Notes: generated by a model not told the origin, from the letters alone. DNA of 64,000 nucleotides from Opitutales bacterium (GCA_965226885.1 CBDDEL010000013.1:160001-224000); one strand, 5' to 3'; positions 29,006-39,992 are shown, counted from the stretch's first letter. A program made the numbers and translations.

Positions 29006-30172
29006 TTAACGTTTGTTGGCTTTGAAGAGGAGCCTGAGGCCGAGGGTTTGGAAGAGGAGGTTGGGGAGCCAGATGAGGAGGTCGGGGCGCAGGGCGGGTT
29101 CATTTTCCAGCCATCCGACCATGATGATGAGGAAATAGTAGGTCATGGCCAGGACGAGGGCCAGGGCGACGTTGGCGTAGGTCTCCCGGCGGCCCACGCG
29201 CACTCCCAGGGGTATGCCGATCATGGCCAGGGACAACACGGAAAAGGCCATGGCAAAATTTTTCTGGATGCGCAGTTGTATCTTTATTTTTTCCTTTTTG
29301 GTTTTTTGTATTTCCTCCGGCGGCGTTTCCGGGATTCGCTGAAGCCGTTCCAGTTCCTCCGCGTAGGTGTTTTTGCGTTCCAGCAAAGTGGTGAGGTTGA
29401 GGGCGGCAAGGCTCACGTACTGGCGCTTGCAGCCCAAAAGCCGATCCAGCGGCAGCCGCAGCCGGGTTTCCCGGAATGAAGCGGTGGGGCGGATGGCTTG
29501 CATGTCCTCGGGCCGGTTTTCGCTGCGCAGTTCCGCGGTGGCGTTTTTCAATGTGAGGATGAGCGTGTCGGTTGCCTCCTCGTAGTCGAATCGCCCCGAT
29601 TGGGCGCGCAGAATGCGCAGGGCGCGATACTCGTCATCCAACTCCCAAATCCACAAGTCGCTCAGTTCACGGCCTTCCTTGGAGTTCACGTAGAGAACGT
29701 AGCCGGGGAAATCTTTGATGAAAGTTCGCTCGACGATGAAACGCAGCGGATCTTCGCGGACCAGGTTATTGAGGATGCTTTTAAAATGAGCCCTGGCCTC
29801 CGGGGCGTAGCGGTTGTTGATGACCAGAGAGAGGAACACACCGATCAGGGCGACCGCGAAAAGGGAGGCCGACAACCTCCAGAGCGATATACCGGCCGAT
29901 TTGAAAGCGATAATTTCCCGCCCCGCCGACAGTCTGCCCAAAACCATCAGAATGCCGGTCAAAATACCCAGAGGCAGGGCATAGGAAACGACATAAGGGA
30001 TCAAGAGAAGGAGCAGGTCGGCAAACATCCCGCCGGTCAACCGGCCGGCAGCGAGCAGGCCGATGATCTCCTTCAAGGCGTTTCCGGCCAGCAAGACAAA
30101 TACGAACAGGCCAACAGCCGAGACCGAACAAAGAATGACGGATTGGAAAATGTAGCGATGGATCAGTTTCAA
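29006..30172 (-). CDS. LptF/LptG-family LPS export permease
   Basis: LIHRYIF, ALPLGIL.GIL..LGRLSA.REIIA.KSAGIS, periplasmic domain, IGIPLG; 3+3 TM layout. Confidence 0.92.
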   Translation of the reverse strand: MKLIHRYIFQSVILCSVSAVGLFVFVLLAGNALKEIIGLLAAGRLTGGMFADLLLLLIPYVVSYALPLGILTGILMVLGRLSAGREIIAFKSAGISLWRLSASLFAVALIGVFLSLVINNRYAPEARAHFKSILNNLVREDPLRFIVERTFIKDFPGYVLYVNSKEGRELSDLWIWELDDEYRALRILRAQSGRFDYEEATDTLILTLKNATAELRSENRPEDMQAIRPTASFRETRLRLPLDRLLGCKRQYVSLAALNLTTLLERKNTYAEELERLQRIPETPPEEIQKTKKEKIKIQLRIQKNFAMAFSVLSLAMIGIPLGVRVGRRETYANVALALVLAMTYYFLIIMVGWLENEPALRPDLLIWLPNLLFQTLGLRLLFKANKR

Positions 30173-30304
30173 ACTTGAAGCCGGGGCTGGTTGTTCATTA
30201 GAACTTTGGACAATCTAAAATTTTAAGAGAACGGGTTAATTGCTTAATCAGGATTGACCGACAAAACAAGCCTTCACCTTCTAAACGCATTTGCGCCAAT
30301 CGCC

Positions 30305-30739
30305 ATGAAAATCTCCATCGGTTCCGACCACGCCGGATATGAATACAAGGAAGCTATTAAAATAATGCTTTCAAAATTGGGCCACGAGGTGGTGGATTTC
30401 GGGACCGGGAGCCCTGAATCGGTCGATTACCCGAAATTTATCCGGCCCGCGGCGGAGGCGGTGGCCAATGGCGATTGCGAAAGGGGGATCGTCCTGGGCG
30501 GTTCGGGAAATGGGGAGGCCATGTGCGCCAACCGGCTGCGGTCCATTCGATGCGCCTTATGCTGGAATGAGGAATCCGCCAGGCTCTCCCGCCGGCATAA
30601 CAATGCCAATATGCTTTCCCTTGGCGAGCGCATGATGGACCTCGATACCGCCCTGGCCATCGTCCGCGTTTGGCTCGACACGGAGTTTGAAGGCGGCCGG
30701 CACGTGGGCCGCATCGCCTTGCTCGATGAAAATAGCTAG
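30305..30739 (+). CDS. rpiB: Ribose-5-phosphate isomerase B
   Basis: IGSDHAG, VDYP, GGSGNGE, HNNAN, FEGGRH. Confidence 0.95.
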   Translation: MKISIGSDHAGYEYKEAIKIMLSKLGHEVVDFGTGSPESVDYPKFIRPAAEAVANGDCERGIVLGGSGNGEAMCANRLRSIRCALCWNEESARLSRRHNNANMLSLGERMMDLDTALAIVRVWLDTEFEGGRHVGRIALLDENS

Positions 30740-31381
30740 AGGACGATGATGAAGTTGGCGAGGCGGAGCAAACGCTCAGCCCAACGCTTTTTGTAATCGA
30801 TGGCCATGCCCAGGTCGTAGACCTCAATTCCTTCGCCGGCCAGTCCTGCGATCATTTCCAATTGGGCCAAATTACCCGGACTACAGGCAGCATAATGGCC
30901 GTCATAACCCATTTGGAAACCCCGGTAGGTTTTTCCCAGGATGCCACCGGCGGTATAGGCGATATCGGCGCCTTCGGTATTTTGCCCGAATACGACCCTC
31001 AGGCAGCCTTTGGCGGCCGCTCTTTGAAAAAGTTCCCGGTAAAAATGGCGATGGTCCTGGAGCAGAAATACGCTCTCTCCCGCTTCCTGTTTCCAGGATA
31101 GCTTTTCTATCTTCAGGATACGATCGAAGATCGAATCACCATCCGATCCTGCTGCGATATATTGGAAGCGAAGCCCGGCTTTTTCGGCCTTTCGTTTAAT
31201 CGATCTCGTGGCAGCCCTGAAATGAGCGCTGCGGCGGCTCAGGTATCCATTGAGCCCGCCTTCGAGAGACGCTTGCAAGCAATCGATGCCGGGAAAAGAC
31301 CATTGCTGCCGAAATTTCTCCCGCTGGTTTCGGATCAGGCCGTGCAGGGGAGAGAACATTGGAATGCCGCTTAAAATCAGG
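30736..31381 (-). pseudogene. GNAT acetyltransferase (Acetyltransf_6-like), probably 5'-truncated by IS1
   Basis: GYDGHYAACSPGNL, YDLG...YKKRWA; N-terminal part is short and abuts an IS1 end without a TSD. Confidence 0.65.
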
Positions 31382-32183
31382 GGTAGTGTATTAAGTAGGA
31401 ATGGTGGCTAATTCTTGATTATATTGATGAATGAAAAGTCTCAGACAGGTTTCATGCATACTCTTAAGCTTGGAAAAGGAGAGGGTTTTGCGTGTGAAAC
31501 GACCCAGTCGTTGGCGCAGGGTATTGTTCCATCGTTCCACATGGGCCGTTTCACCGGTTTCTTTTCCCACGGATCGGTTATGAGGAAAGACTTCATCATA
31601 AGTGCTCCAAAAGTCGCTGTAGGTGGCACATCTTTTGTAGGCCCGTGGCAGACGCTCGTAAAGTTCCCGGCAACGATACCAATCCCGAGGCCCAATGGCA
31701 TAGGAGAGAATTTGACGGGTGCGTCGGCAAAGAGCGATCCAAACCCATTGGGCATCGCTCTTGCGCCCCACAAAAGACCACAGTTCGTCCAGTTCAATGA
31801 CATCATGGCGGCGGGCCGCAAGAATCGTGCTTTTGAGCGGTCGCAGCGATTGTCGTTTTTTTTAACCAACTCAAAACGGTGTTGGGACTCACCCCGAAGG
31901 CGCGCTGTAAACCGCGTAGACTGCTGCGTTCCTGATAGACTCGAAGGATCATTTCTTTTTGCTCTTCGGTGTATTTCACTGTGGGGTTTTCGCGGCTTTG
32001 TTTACCACAATCATGGCAGCGGTAGCGCTGTTTATGGTTGGGCGTCTTGCCAAATTTAATGATATTTTCACTTCCACAGTGCCGACAATTAATAATTTTA
32101 GTAACCATGCACTAAGAATAAACTGCCTAACGCTATTTGTACAGCTAAAAATACAAAATAACATTCTTTTTTTATACACTACC
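31382..32183 (-). mobile_element. IS1-family element, copy 2
   Basis: Same IRs and 802-bp length as copy 1; flanks do not match each other (no TSD). Confidence 0.95.
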
Positions 32184-32415
32184 AGTCTATGAATCTTATG
32201 TAGATATGGTTCCTGCTCAATGGACTGCAATCAAAGTCGTGGTATCCGGCCTGCAGGCGCAGCTTTTTGTTAATGGCGCGGAACAGCCATGCCTAATCGT
32301 AAACGATTTGAAACTCGGAGACACGAGAGGAAAGATTGCTCTTTGGACATCCCGGTCAACCGTGGCTCATTTCAGAAACCTCGTCGTTCAATCGACAACG
32401 GAATGGGAGCAATGA
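32184..32415 (+). pseudogene. C-terminal fragment of a beta-sandwich (DUF1080-like) protein, truncated by IS1
   Basis: Frame open from the IS end: VYESYVDMVPAQWTAIKVVVSG...PCLIVNDLKLG...AHFRNL. Confidence 0.55.
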
Positions 32416-32668
32416 ATTTGTTTTTCAGATACTTCAGTACGGTTATCCTGTGGCTTCTTGCCGCAAATGGTTTACAGTCCGCGGAAAATTTAAAGCAAAT
32501 TTCGTTCTTCGATAATTTTGAGAACGGCTTGGGAAAATGGGATCTTAATAACCCGGCCAAGCTGCCTATTATCGAATCCGGAGATGAGGAACACGGCAAG
32601 GTCCTGGCCCTCTACCCCGGTGGGCATAATGTGCATGCGCTGATAAAAAATTCGGACCGATGGACTAA
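32412..32668 (+). pseudogene. N-terminal fragment of a secreted protein, truncated by IS1380
   Basis: Signal peptide MNLFFRYFSTVILWLLAANGLQSA, then FFDNFENGLGKW; ATG overlaps the upstream stop; frame runs into the IS. Confidence 0.6.
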
Positions 32669-33415
32669 CCCGGATATTTCATGAAGGGTAAAGTTTGGCT
32701 CGTTATTGCTATTGGAGATGGATTTCTTTGTATTTTGAGCAGATCGTCTTGATTTTTAGGTGTTTTTCAGGGTGTAGAGACACTGCCCCCTTTCCCCCAT
32801 TGGTTCGGTAGTGCCGGGGGCAGCACCAATGCACCCTTTAGGTTGGCACCAATCGGCGGGCCGCATGGTTGAAAAGACTGGCCCAAGGATAACTCTCACT
32901 TAGGTGAAAGTGAATCGTTCGGGTGTTGCGCACGATGACCGCTCCGATCTTGATTAATTTGAGCCGCAGGGTGTGGCATTGGGCCCGCGCCCACTTCGTC
33001 CCTTTTAAGGCTAACCGGCGCATGGCTTCCATCAAGGTGTAGGCCAGCGCCGACAAGAGCAATCGCCACTGATTGGCCCACCATTGATGGGCGCTGGTGC
33101 GCTCGCTGAACAATTGCATCTGTTCCTTGATTCGGTTCTCCATTTCACCGCGGCCACAGTATACCTTGTCGTAAAGCTCCTGGGGATCGCCCGGCAGGTT
33201 CGTCACCACGAAGCGCGGGTTGGACCCCTGTGCGGTGTGTTCGGCTTTATGGATGACCAACCGCAGCCATCGCCACGAATCGGCAGCATAGACGAAGTCC
33301 TGGAATAACCGTTGTTTTTTACCCCTTAGTTCGAACCATTCTTTGGCCTGCTTTTGCAACTGCTGGGCGTCTTGCTGCAAGCGTGCATTGCGAGCCATCC
33401 CCACGATGTAACTAA
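32669..33415 (-). mobile_element. IS1380 3' half (copy D)
   Basis: Right IR at 32669 preceded by CTAA; transposase fragment begins at VSYIVGMAR; interrupted at CTAA by copy E. Confidence 0.92.
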
Positions 33416-34982
33416 CCCGGATATTTCGTAAAAAAAGTATCGTTGATATGCTTAACTGCTGATATACAGCAGGATAGATCAATAATTAAAGCAATATCAG
33501 CGATGACAAAAGGTAAACAATTAAAGCTACAGTTGACAAGGGTAAAAGGCCGCCGTGTGCGGGTTGATTTCAAGGGCGGAGAGGTTACTTCGGATGCCGG
33601 ACTGCTTTTGATCCGGGAAGTGGTTCGGCAGTTGGGCTTGACCGAACGAGCGGCCCGACAGTTAGTGGACAAACGGCAGAAGGGCAAAGTACGCCATGAG
33701 GTATTGGGGATGCTGCGGCAGCGCGTTTACGGGCTGGTGGCGGGCTATGAGGATTTGAACGACTTTGATACCCTGCGCCACGATCCATTGTTGCAAACGG
33801 TAACGGGGCGCATTGAAACGTTGGCCAGCGCGCCGACTTTGTGTCGTTTTGAAAACGGGCAGGATCGGCGGGCGGCCTTTGCGGTAAACGAGCTGTTGGT
33901 CGAACAGTTCATGGGCTCCTTTGCCGAGGAACCCGAAGAGATCATCCTGGACTTTGACGCCACCGACAATCCGGTGCACGGGCTCCAGGAGGGACGTTTT
34001 TTCCACGGTTATTATGATCATTACTGTCTTCTGCCGCTATATGTTTTTTGCGGTGATCAGCTGCTGGTGGCCTACCTGCGGCCGAGCAAGATCGATGCCA
34101 GCAAGCATGCCGGGGCCATCCTCAAATTGCTGGTTAAACGGATTCGCCAAAGCTGGCCCCGTAAGCGGATTATTTGGCGCGCCGACAGTGGATTTTGTCG
34201 AGACCGGATACTCTCTTGGTGCGACCGCAACGAAGTTAGTTACATCGTGGGGATGGCTCGCAATGCACGCTTGCAGCAAGACGCCCAGCAGTTGCAAAAG
34301 CAGGCCAAAGAATGGTTCGAACTAAGGGGTAAAAAACAACGGTTATTCCAGGACTTCGTCTATGCTGCCGATTCGTGGCGATGGCTGCGGTTGGTCATCC
34401 ATAAAGCCGAACACACCGCACAGGGGTCCAACCCGCGCTTCGTGGTGACGAACCTGCCGGGCGATCCCCAGGAGCTTTACGACAAGGTATACTGTGGCCG
34501 CGGTGAAATGGAGAACCGAATCAAGGAACAGATGCAATTGTTCAGCGAGCGCACCAGCGCCCATCAATGGTGGGCCAATCAGTGGCGATTGCTCTTGTCG
34601 GCGCTGGCCTACACCTTGATGGAAGCCATGCGCCGGTTAGCCTTAAAAGGGACGAAGTGGGCGCGGGCCCAATGCCACACCCTGCGGCTCAAATTAATCA
34701 AGATCGGAGCGGTCATCGTGCGCAACACCCGAACGATTCACTTTCACCTAAGTGAGAGTTATCCTTGGGCCAGTCTTTTCAACCATGCGGCCCGCCGATT
34801 GGTGCCAACCTAAAGGGTGCATTGGTGCTGCCCCCGGCACTACCGAACCAATGGGGGAAAGGGGGCAGTGTCTCTACACCCTGAAAAACACCTAAAAATC
34901 AAGACGATCTGCTCAAAATACAAAGAAATCCATCTCCAATAGCAATAACGAGCCAAACTTTACCCTTCATGAAATATCCGGG
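33416..34982 (+). mobile_element. IS1380-family element, intact (copy E)
   Basis: Both IRs present; CTAA on both sides (33412-33415 and 34983-34986). Confidence 0.96.
33503..34813 (+). CDS. IS1380 transposase (intact)
   Basis: 436 aa from MTKGKQ; full motif set. Confidence 0.95.
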   Translation: MTKGKQLKLQLTRVKGRRVRVDFKGGEVTSDAGLLLIREVVRQLGLTERAARQLVDKRQKGKVRHEVLGMLRQRVYGLVAGYEDLNDFDTLRHDPLLQTVTGRIETLASAPTLCRFENGQDRRAAFAVNELLVEQFMGSFAEEPEEIILDFDATDNPVHGLQEGRFFHGYYDHYCLLPLYVFCGDQLLVAYLRPSKIDASKHAGAILKLLVKRIRQSWPRKRIIWRADSGFCRDRILSWCDRNEVSYIVGMARNARLQQDAQQLQKQAKEWFELRGKKQRLFQDFVYAADSWRWLRLVIHKAEHTAQGSNPRFVVTNLPGDPQELYDKVYCGRGEMENRIKEQMQLFSERTSAHQWWANQWRLLLSALAYTLMEAMRRLALKGTKWARAQCHTLRLKLIKIGAVIVRNTRTIHFHLSESYPWASLFNHAARRLVPT

Positions 34983-35268
34983 CTAAGTCAAACTTTTCCG
35001 AAAAAATCGACATAACCTTTATACTTTATCAGGATTCAGGAATCGACAATCCTGATTTCTGTCTCTTGTATCCTATCGATCGCAATCCGCCTGTTAGCAC
35101 AAATATTGTCGAAAAACAAAAAACAATCCTGCTCTTAATCTTTAAATTAATTAGAAATTGAAATGCCAATTATAAAGGGAGTCGAATTTCGTCAGTTTTC
35201 AGCCAATCATCTTAATGCCAAGCGAAATTGGCTGGTGGTAAAACTTAATACCGACGATCCCAATCTCT

Positions 35269-36070
35269 GGTAGTGTATAAAAAAAGAATGTTATTTTGTA
35301 TTTTTAGCTGTACAAATAGCGTTAGGCAGTTTATTTTTAGTGCATGGTTACTAAAATTATTAATTGTCGGCACTGTGGAAGTGAAAATATCATTAAATTT
35401 GGCAAGACGCCCAACCATAAACAGCGCTACCGCTGCCATGATTGTGGTAAACAAAGCCGCGAAAACCCCACAGTGAAATACACCGAAGAGCAAAAAGAAA
35501 TGATCCTTCGAGTCTATCAGGAACGCAGCAGTCTACGCGGTTTACAGCGCGCCTTCGGGGTGAGTCCCAACACCGTTTTGAGTTGGTTAAAAAAAACGAC
35601 AATCGCTGCGACCGCTCAAAAGCACGATTCTTGCGGCCCGCCGCCATGATGTCATTGAACTGGACGAACTGTGGTCTTTTGTGGGGCGCAAGAGCGATGC
35701 CCAATGGGTTTGGATCGCTCTTTGCCGACGCACCCGTCAAATCCTCTCCTATGCCATTGGGCCTCGGGATTGGTATCGTTGCCGGGAACTTTACGAGCGT
35801 CTGCCACGGGCCTACAAAAGATGTGCCACCTACAGCGACTTTTGGAGCACTTATGATGAAGTCTTTCCTCATAACCGATCCGTGGGAAAAGAAACCGGTG
35901 AAACGGCCCATGTGGAACGATGGAACAATACCCTGCGCCAACGACTGGGTCGTTTCACACGCAAAACCCTCTCCTTTTCCAAGCTTAAGAGTATGCATGA
36001 AACCTGTCTGAGACTTTTCATTCATCAATATAATCAAGAATTAGCCACCATTCCTACTTAATACACTACC
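35269..36070 (+). mobile_element. IS1-family element, copy 3
   Basis: Same IRs and 802-bp length; no TSD. Confidence 0.95.
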
Positions 36071-36071
36071 G

Positions 36072-37130
36072 GAGTGGGTATTGCTTCTGACTGGCTGGCA
36101 AATTCTCGGCCTGGCCGCTGCCATCGTCTTTTCATTCACACGCCAGGGATTCCATGCCTTTTCCTACTATTTATCCCTGGTCCTCGTATTCACCAATCTG
36201 GCTGCTCTGGCTTTCAGTATTTTACTGATCCTCGATTCCGCTTTTTTTGAAAAATGGTTGAAAAAAGGAATCCTGAGGATAGCCGCCAATGGCATCATTG
36301 TTCTCGCCGTATTATTGTTTGCCAGGGAAATAGCGCCCCGGATTGTAGGCATGGTCTGTCCCATGGGCATCCAGCATTCGGTTGATAAAGGACATATAGC
36401 CTTTGCCTTGGCCAACCTGGCCGTCATTGCCATCAGTGTGTTGGCCTCCGTCCTGGTTTATTTGCAAGCCCGTTTGCGTAATGAGCTGGAGAAAGAAGTC
36501 GGGGAAAATGAGCGCCTCAAGCGGCTTCAGGTGGAAACACGGTTCGCCGCCCTTCAATCCAAGGTGAACCCGCATTTCCTCTTTAACACCCTCAACACAG
36601 TGGTGGACCTCGTCTATAAACAACCGGCTCAGGTAGAGGAGATTATCCTCAATTTGGCAGGCATTTACCGCAAAGTACTGGCCCACCCCGACCATGAGTT
36701 GACCTCCCTTAAAGAGGAGATCGAGCTGGTCAATAATTATTTGCTGGTGGAAAAAGCGCGCATGGGATCCCGTCTTCGTTTCGAAGTCGATGTGGACGAC
36801 TCACTGCAATCCTGGCAGATCCCGCAGATGGCCCTTCAAATATTGGTGGAAAACGCAATCCTGCATGGGTTGAGCAAGAAAAAGGAAGGGGGCCATATCC
36901 ACATATCCGCAAAAAATCATGGGGATACCCTATTGTTAACCGTTCGCGATGACGGGTCTGGTTTGAACAGTTTGCATGCAGGCAATGGCATGGCCCTTGG
37001 CAACCTCCGTGAACGCCTGAAACTTCTCTACAAGGAAGGGGCTGAATTTCATCTCAAGGAAAATTCCGATTCCACCGGGGGAGCAGAAGCCATTCTTGAA
37101 ATTCCTCGTGCAAGACATAGACATAGTTGA
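36072..37130 (+). CDS. LytS/YehU-type sensor histidine kinase, probably 5'-truncated by IS1
   Basis: LQSKVNPHFLFNTLN, LQILVENAILHG, VRDDGSG, GMALGNLRERL; frame open back to the IS end. Confidence 0.85.
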   Translation, partial: EWVLLLTGWQILGLAAAIVFSFTRQGFHAFSYYLSLVLVFTNLAALAFSILLILDSAFFEKWLKKGILRIAANGIIVLAVLLFAREIAPRIVGMVCPMGIQHSVDKGHIAFALANLAVIAISVLASVLVYLQARLRNELEKEVGENERLKRLQVETRFAALQSKVNPHFLFNTLNTVVDLVYKQPAQVEEIILNLAGIYRKVLAHPDHELTSLKEEIELVNNYLLVEKARMGSRLRFEVDVDDSLQSWQIPQMALQILVENAILHGLSKKKEGGHIHISAKNHGDTLLLTVRDDGSGLNSLHAGNGMALGNLRERLKLLYKEGAEFHLKENSDSTGGAEAILEIPRARHRHS

Positions 37131-37458
37131 CACTGTAATCGTCGAGGACGAAACGCCTTCCCTCGAACGTTTGAAGGATCAGTTGGGAAATTTTCCACAA
37201 ATTCGCATTGTGGGAGAAGCCCTTGATGGCGAAGGCGCCGTAGCGACCATCGACCGGTTGCGGCCCGAGTTGGTTTTTCTCGATATCGAATTGCCGGAAT
37301 TTAACGGATTCGAGGTGCTTAATCGAATTTCCTGCTCTCCCATGGTGGTTTTTGTAACCGCCTTTAACGAATACGCGCTCAAGGCATTCGAGGAAAATAT
37401 TTGCCCCCCATGGGGGGCAACGAGAAAACAAAACCCTTTACCAAAACAAGCCGCCTGA
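37108..37458 (+). pseudogene. LytTR-type response regulator truncated in the receiver domain and fused to an IS3 tail
   Basis: IVEDE, LVFLDIELP..NGFEV, VFVTAFNEYALKAFEEN, then ICPPWGATRKQNPLPKQAA identical to the IS3 OrfB C-terminus. Confidence 0.9.
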
Positions 37459-37521
37459 CACACTAATCAATAAACAATGAATATAAGAGAATCCCGTGTC
37501 CAACAAATCCAGTACACGTCA
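37386..37521 (+). mobile_element. Orphan right end (136 bp) of the IS3 element
   Basis: Matches 50224-50359, including the right IR TGTCCAACAAATCCAGTACACGTCA. Confidence 0.93.
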
Positions 37522-37565
37522 CTGCGCAAAAAACTTCTATTTTGACACTTTCCCTTCCCATGGCT

Positions 37566-39989
37566 TTATCCATCACCTGGGCCGGGGATTTTCACTTTTC
37601 TTAACCACACCTCGGCTACCTGGCAGCCCCGGCCATTACCACCCAGTCCGCTCTGCCGTCGCCAGCTCAAGGTCAAAACACCGCCCGTGGTGGCCTCTCG
37701 CGGAATGGCAAATTCAAGACGGCGAAATGGAACCGGCTTCTCGATTAAAGGATGGATTTCAAATTGATCGTTGGCCGTCAGCCGGATATTCTTGTCGGGG
37801 CTGTCCCCGGCATAGACAACCTGCAAGAGGTATTGTGCCTCGGGGTCGAGGTCGGTGTATCGCATTTGCACGGGGGTATCGTATTTCGTTTCGGCATAAC
37901 GCCACCAGTATATCGGGTAATCAATAAACTCCGCTTCTCGCTCTCCGAATCCGGCCAATGAAGATCGCAGGAGCATGGGATCGTTTTCGACGCCCGCCCC
38001 GCGGAGCAGGTGCGGCTGCCGGGTTAAGTTGCCAAGCTCGTCGTAAAACCCACCCGATCCTGGGTTGGTGTGGTTTAGCAATTCATCAATACCCGCCAAT
38101 CGTTCTTCCTCCGAGAGAATGCCAATCTCGGCAAATCGACGCTTTAGCCAAAGCCGGTTGTTAAGAGGAAGATCGATGGAGTCCAGGTTGGCGCCGCGAT
38201 GAATTTCTGTCGCCTGATACTTCTCGATACTAAGCTGCATGCCGATACTGTGAAACAGATCGTCGGCCAATGCAAATACCCGATCCCGCCAGTCTGTCGA
38301 TACCGGTTCCGATTCTACCCGGTCGAGAATAACTTCCGCCGCGGCCAGGGCTTTCATCGAATTTCCTCGTTCCGCTTTGCCAAGCGCATCAAAAGCAAAT
38401 TCCTCCAGAGAAGTTTCGTGTATTAATCGGCTGCGAAGGTAAGCATCATAATAAGCGCGATAAAGAGCCATTTGGAAACGCCAGTTGGATCGCACTGCCG
38501 CCGGAGCCGACCGCTCCATGGATTGAAATTGCTTTAACGTTGTGTAAACTTCCTCGTTCTGCAAAAGGGGGCCGTTCCAGTTGCTTTCCAGGGCCATCAA
38601 ACCCTGGGAAAAATCGTCCTCGTAGTCCTCTCCGATAAAATAACGGCTGTACTCCTTCAGGATTTCGTAGGCGGACGCATTAGGATTCCAGCCCAGGCTG
38701 CTGTAGATAAATTTATTCACATCATCGTTGACGCCGTCGGAATAAGTAATGAATCCCACTGAATCCAGGGCGTGAAGATCCATGATGCGTTTATACGCCT
38801 GAGGGCGCGGATTAATGGATTCACGCCCTTCGGTTAAAGCAAAGGCCATGTCCCAATCCTGGATGGGGTACTGGCATTGCCGCATATGGGCGATATCCGG
38901 GTAAAGCCGCAGGTCATATCGGGACGGCGTTTTATCCCGCAATTCCTTGACCGATACTCTCACATGCGGGCCATAGACAACCCCTCTCAGCCACTCCGGT
39001 TCTTCCCTCAGAAGCTCGAAAAATTCTTCCAGCTTCTCCGCACCGAAATGCTGGGGGGAAACCCACATCCCGGCATCGGGATGGTGACGGCGCAGAACTT
39101 CAGCCTGTTTTTCCAGAAAAGCCAATAGATGTATGGGCCGGGTATGGCCGGGATCTCCTCCGGGAACAAAAACCCCGTCCAGGCGCTGCATCCGGCTGAA
39201 AATTTCTTCCGATTCCTGCAATGCGAGTCGAACCGTCGCAGGGTCGGAATAATCCTCAAAATGAGCCGGATACCATAACCAGGTATCGAGATCGTAATCG
39301 TCCAGTAGGCGGGATAATTGAACCAGCATTTCCTTTGTGGGGAGGGGGAAATGAGGGCTGGTGTCTTTGTCGCCGGATAACGGCGGGATCAATTCAATGG
39401 CATTGGTGCCGAATACGACCAAATCCCGAATATACTGCTCCCACCTGGGCAACGACCAGGCGTCATAGGTATTCGACTTTGACCGGTAGCCGATCTGGTG
39501 CCCGCGCATTGCATAAGCCGGAGCGGAAATTTCCCTGATTTGGCCGGAAATCTCTATCTGGCCCTCGGACATGGATAAGAGCCGGAGCAGCCGCCCAACG
39601 CCAAAAAGGACTCCCCTCAAATCGCTTCCCGCCACCACCACCAGTCCGACCGCTCCATTTTGAGCAATACTGCCGATCCGATAGCCTTCGGGAGCTGGTG
39701 TTTCACGATCCTCCAGCCACTCGGCAAGCGGGTTAAAAGGTAATTTTTGCAATAATTTACTTTCACTCTGCCCGATGGCGATTACGGGCCGGTCGGGAGG
39801 AGGCCATTTTTCTGCGGTTGGCAATCGTATGCCGGTTCGCTTTTCCACTTCATCGACCAGCATTTCAACGGCCTTGTCTTGCGCGCGGTTTTCGCCGATT
39901 TCGGCCACAATGACCGCATGGCTCAAATCCAGCGCCGCCGCCTGCGCAATCGGAGTAAATAGCAAAAAAACAAGTAATGTTTTTTTCAT
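37566..39989 (-). CDS. Large secreted protein with GH20/GH67-N-like domain, possible glycoside hydrolase
   Basis: Signal peptide; APEGYRI...VVAGSDLRGVLFGVGRLLR...P...RG pattern typical of hexosaminidase/glucuronidase N-domains. Confidence 0.6.
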   Translation of the reverse strand: MKKTLLVFLLFTPIAQAAALDLSHAVIVAEIGENRAQDKAVEMLVDEVEKRTGIRLPTAEKWPPPDRPVIAIGQSESKLLQKLPFNPLAEWLEDRETPAPEGYRIGSIAQNGAVGLVVVAGSDLRGVLFGVGRLLRLLSMSEGQIEISGQIREISAPAYAMRGHQIGYRSKSNTYDAWSLPRWEQYIRDLVVFGTNAIELIPPLSGDKDTSPHFPLPTKEMLVQLSRLLDDYDLDTWLWYPAHFEDYSDPATVRLALQESEEIFSRMQRLDGVFVPGGDPGHTRPIHLLAFLEKQAEVLRRHHPDAGMWVSPQHFGAEKLEEFFELLREEPEWLRGVVYGPHVRVSVKELRDKTPSRYDLRLYPDIAHMRQCQYPIQDWDMAFALTEGRESINPRPQAYKRIMDLHALDSVGFITYSDGVNDDVNKFIYSSLGWNPNASAYEILKEYSRYFIGEDYEDDFSQGLMALESNWNGPLLQNEEVYTTLKQFQSMERSAPAAVRSNWRFQMALYRAYYDAYLRSRLIHETSLEEFAFDALGKAERGNSMKALAAAEVILDRVESEPVSTDWRDRVFALADDLFHSIGMQLSIEKYQATEIHRGANLDSIDLPLNNRLWLKRRFAEIGILSEEERLAGIDELLNHTNPGSGGFYDELGNLTRQPHLLRGAGVENDPMLLRSSLAGFGEREAEFIDYPIYWWRYAETKYDTPVQMRYTDLDPEAQYLLQVVYAGDSPDKNIRLTANDQFEIHPLIEKPVPFRRLEFAIPREATTGGVLTLSWRRQSGLGGNGRGCQVAEVWLRKVKIPGPGDG

Positions 39990-39992
39990 AAT

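Noticed and set aside
35029..35057. Inverted repeat ATCAGGATT...AATCCTGAT
   Set aside because: Short, isolated and in a scar region with no associated gene; may be chance
31382..36070. Simple inversion or composite transposon between the inverted IS1 copies 2 and 3
   Set aside because: The 8-bp flanks match neither directly nor as reverse complements
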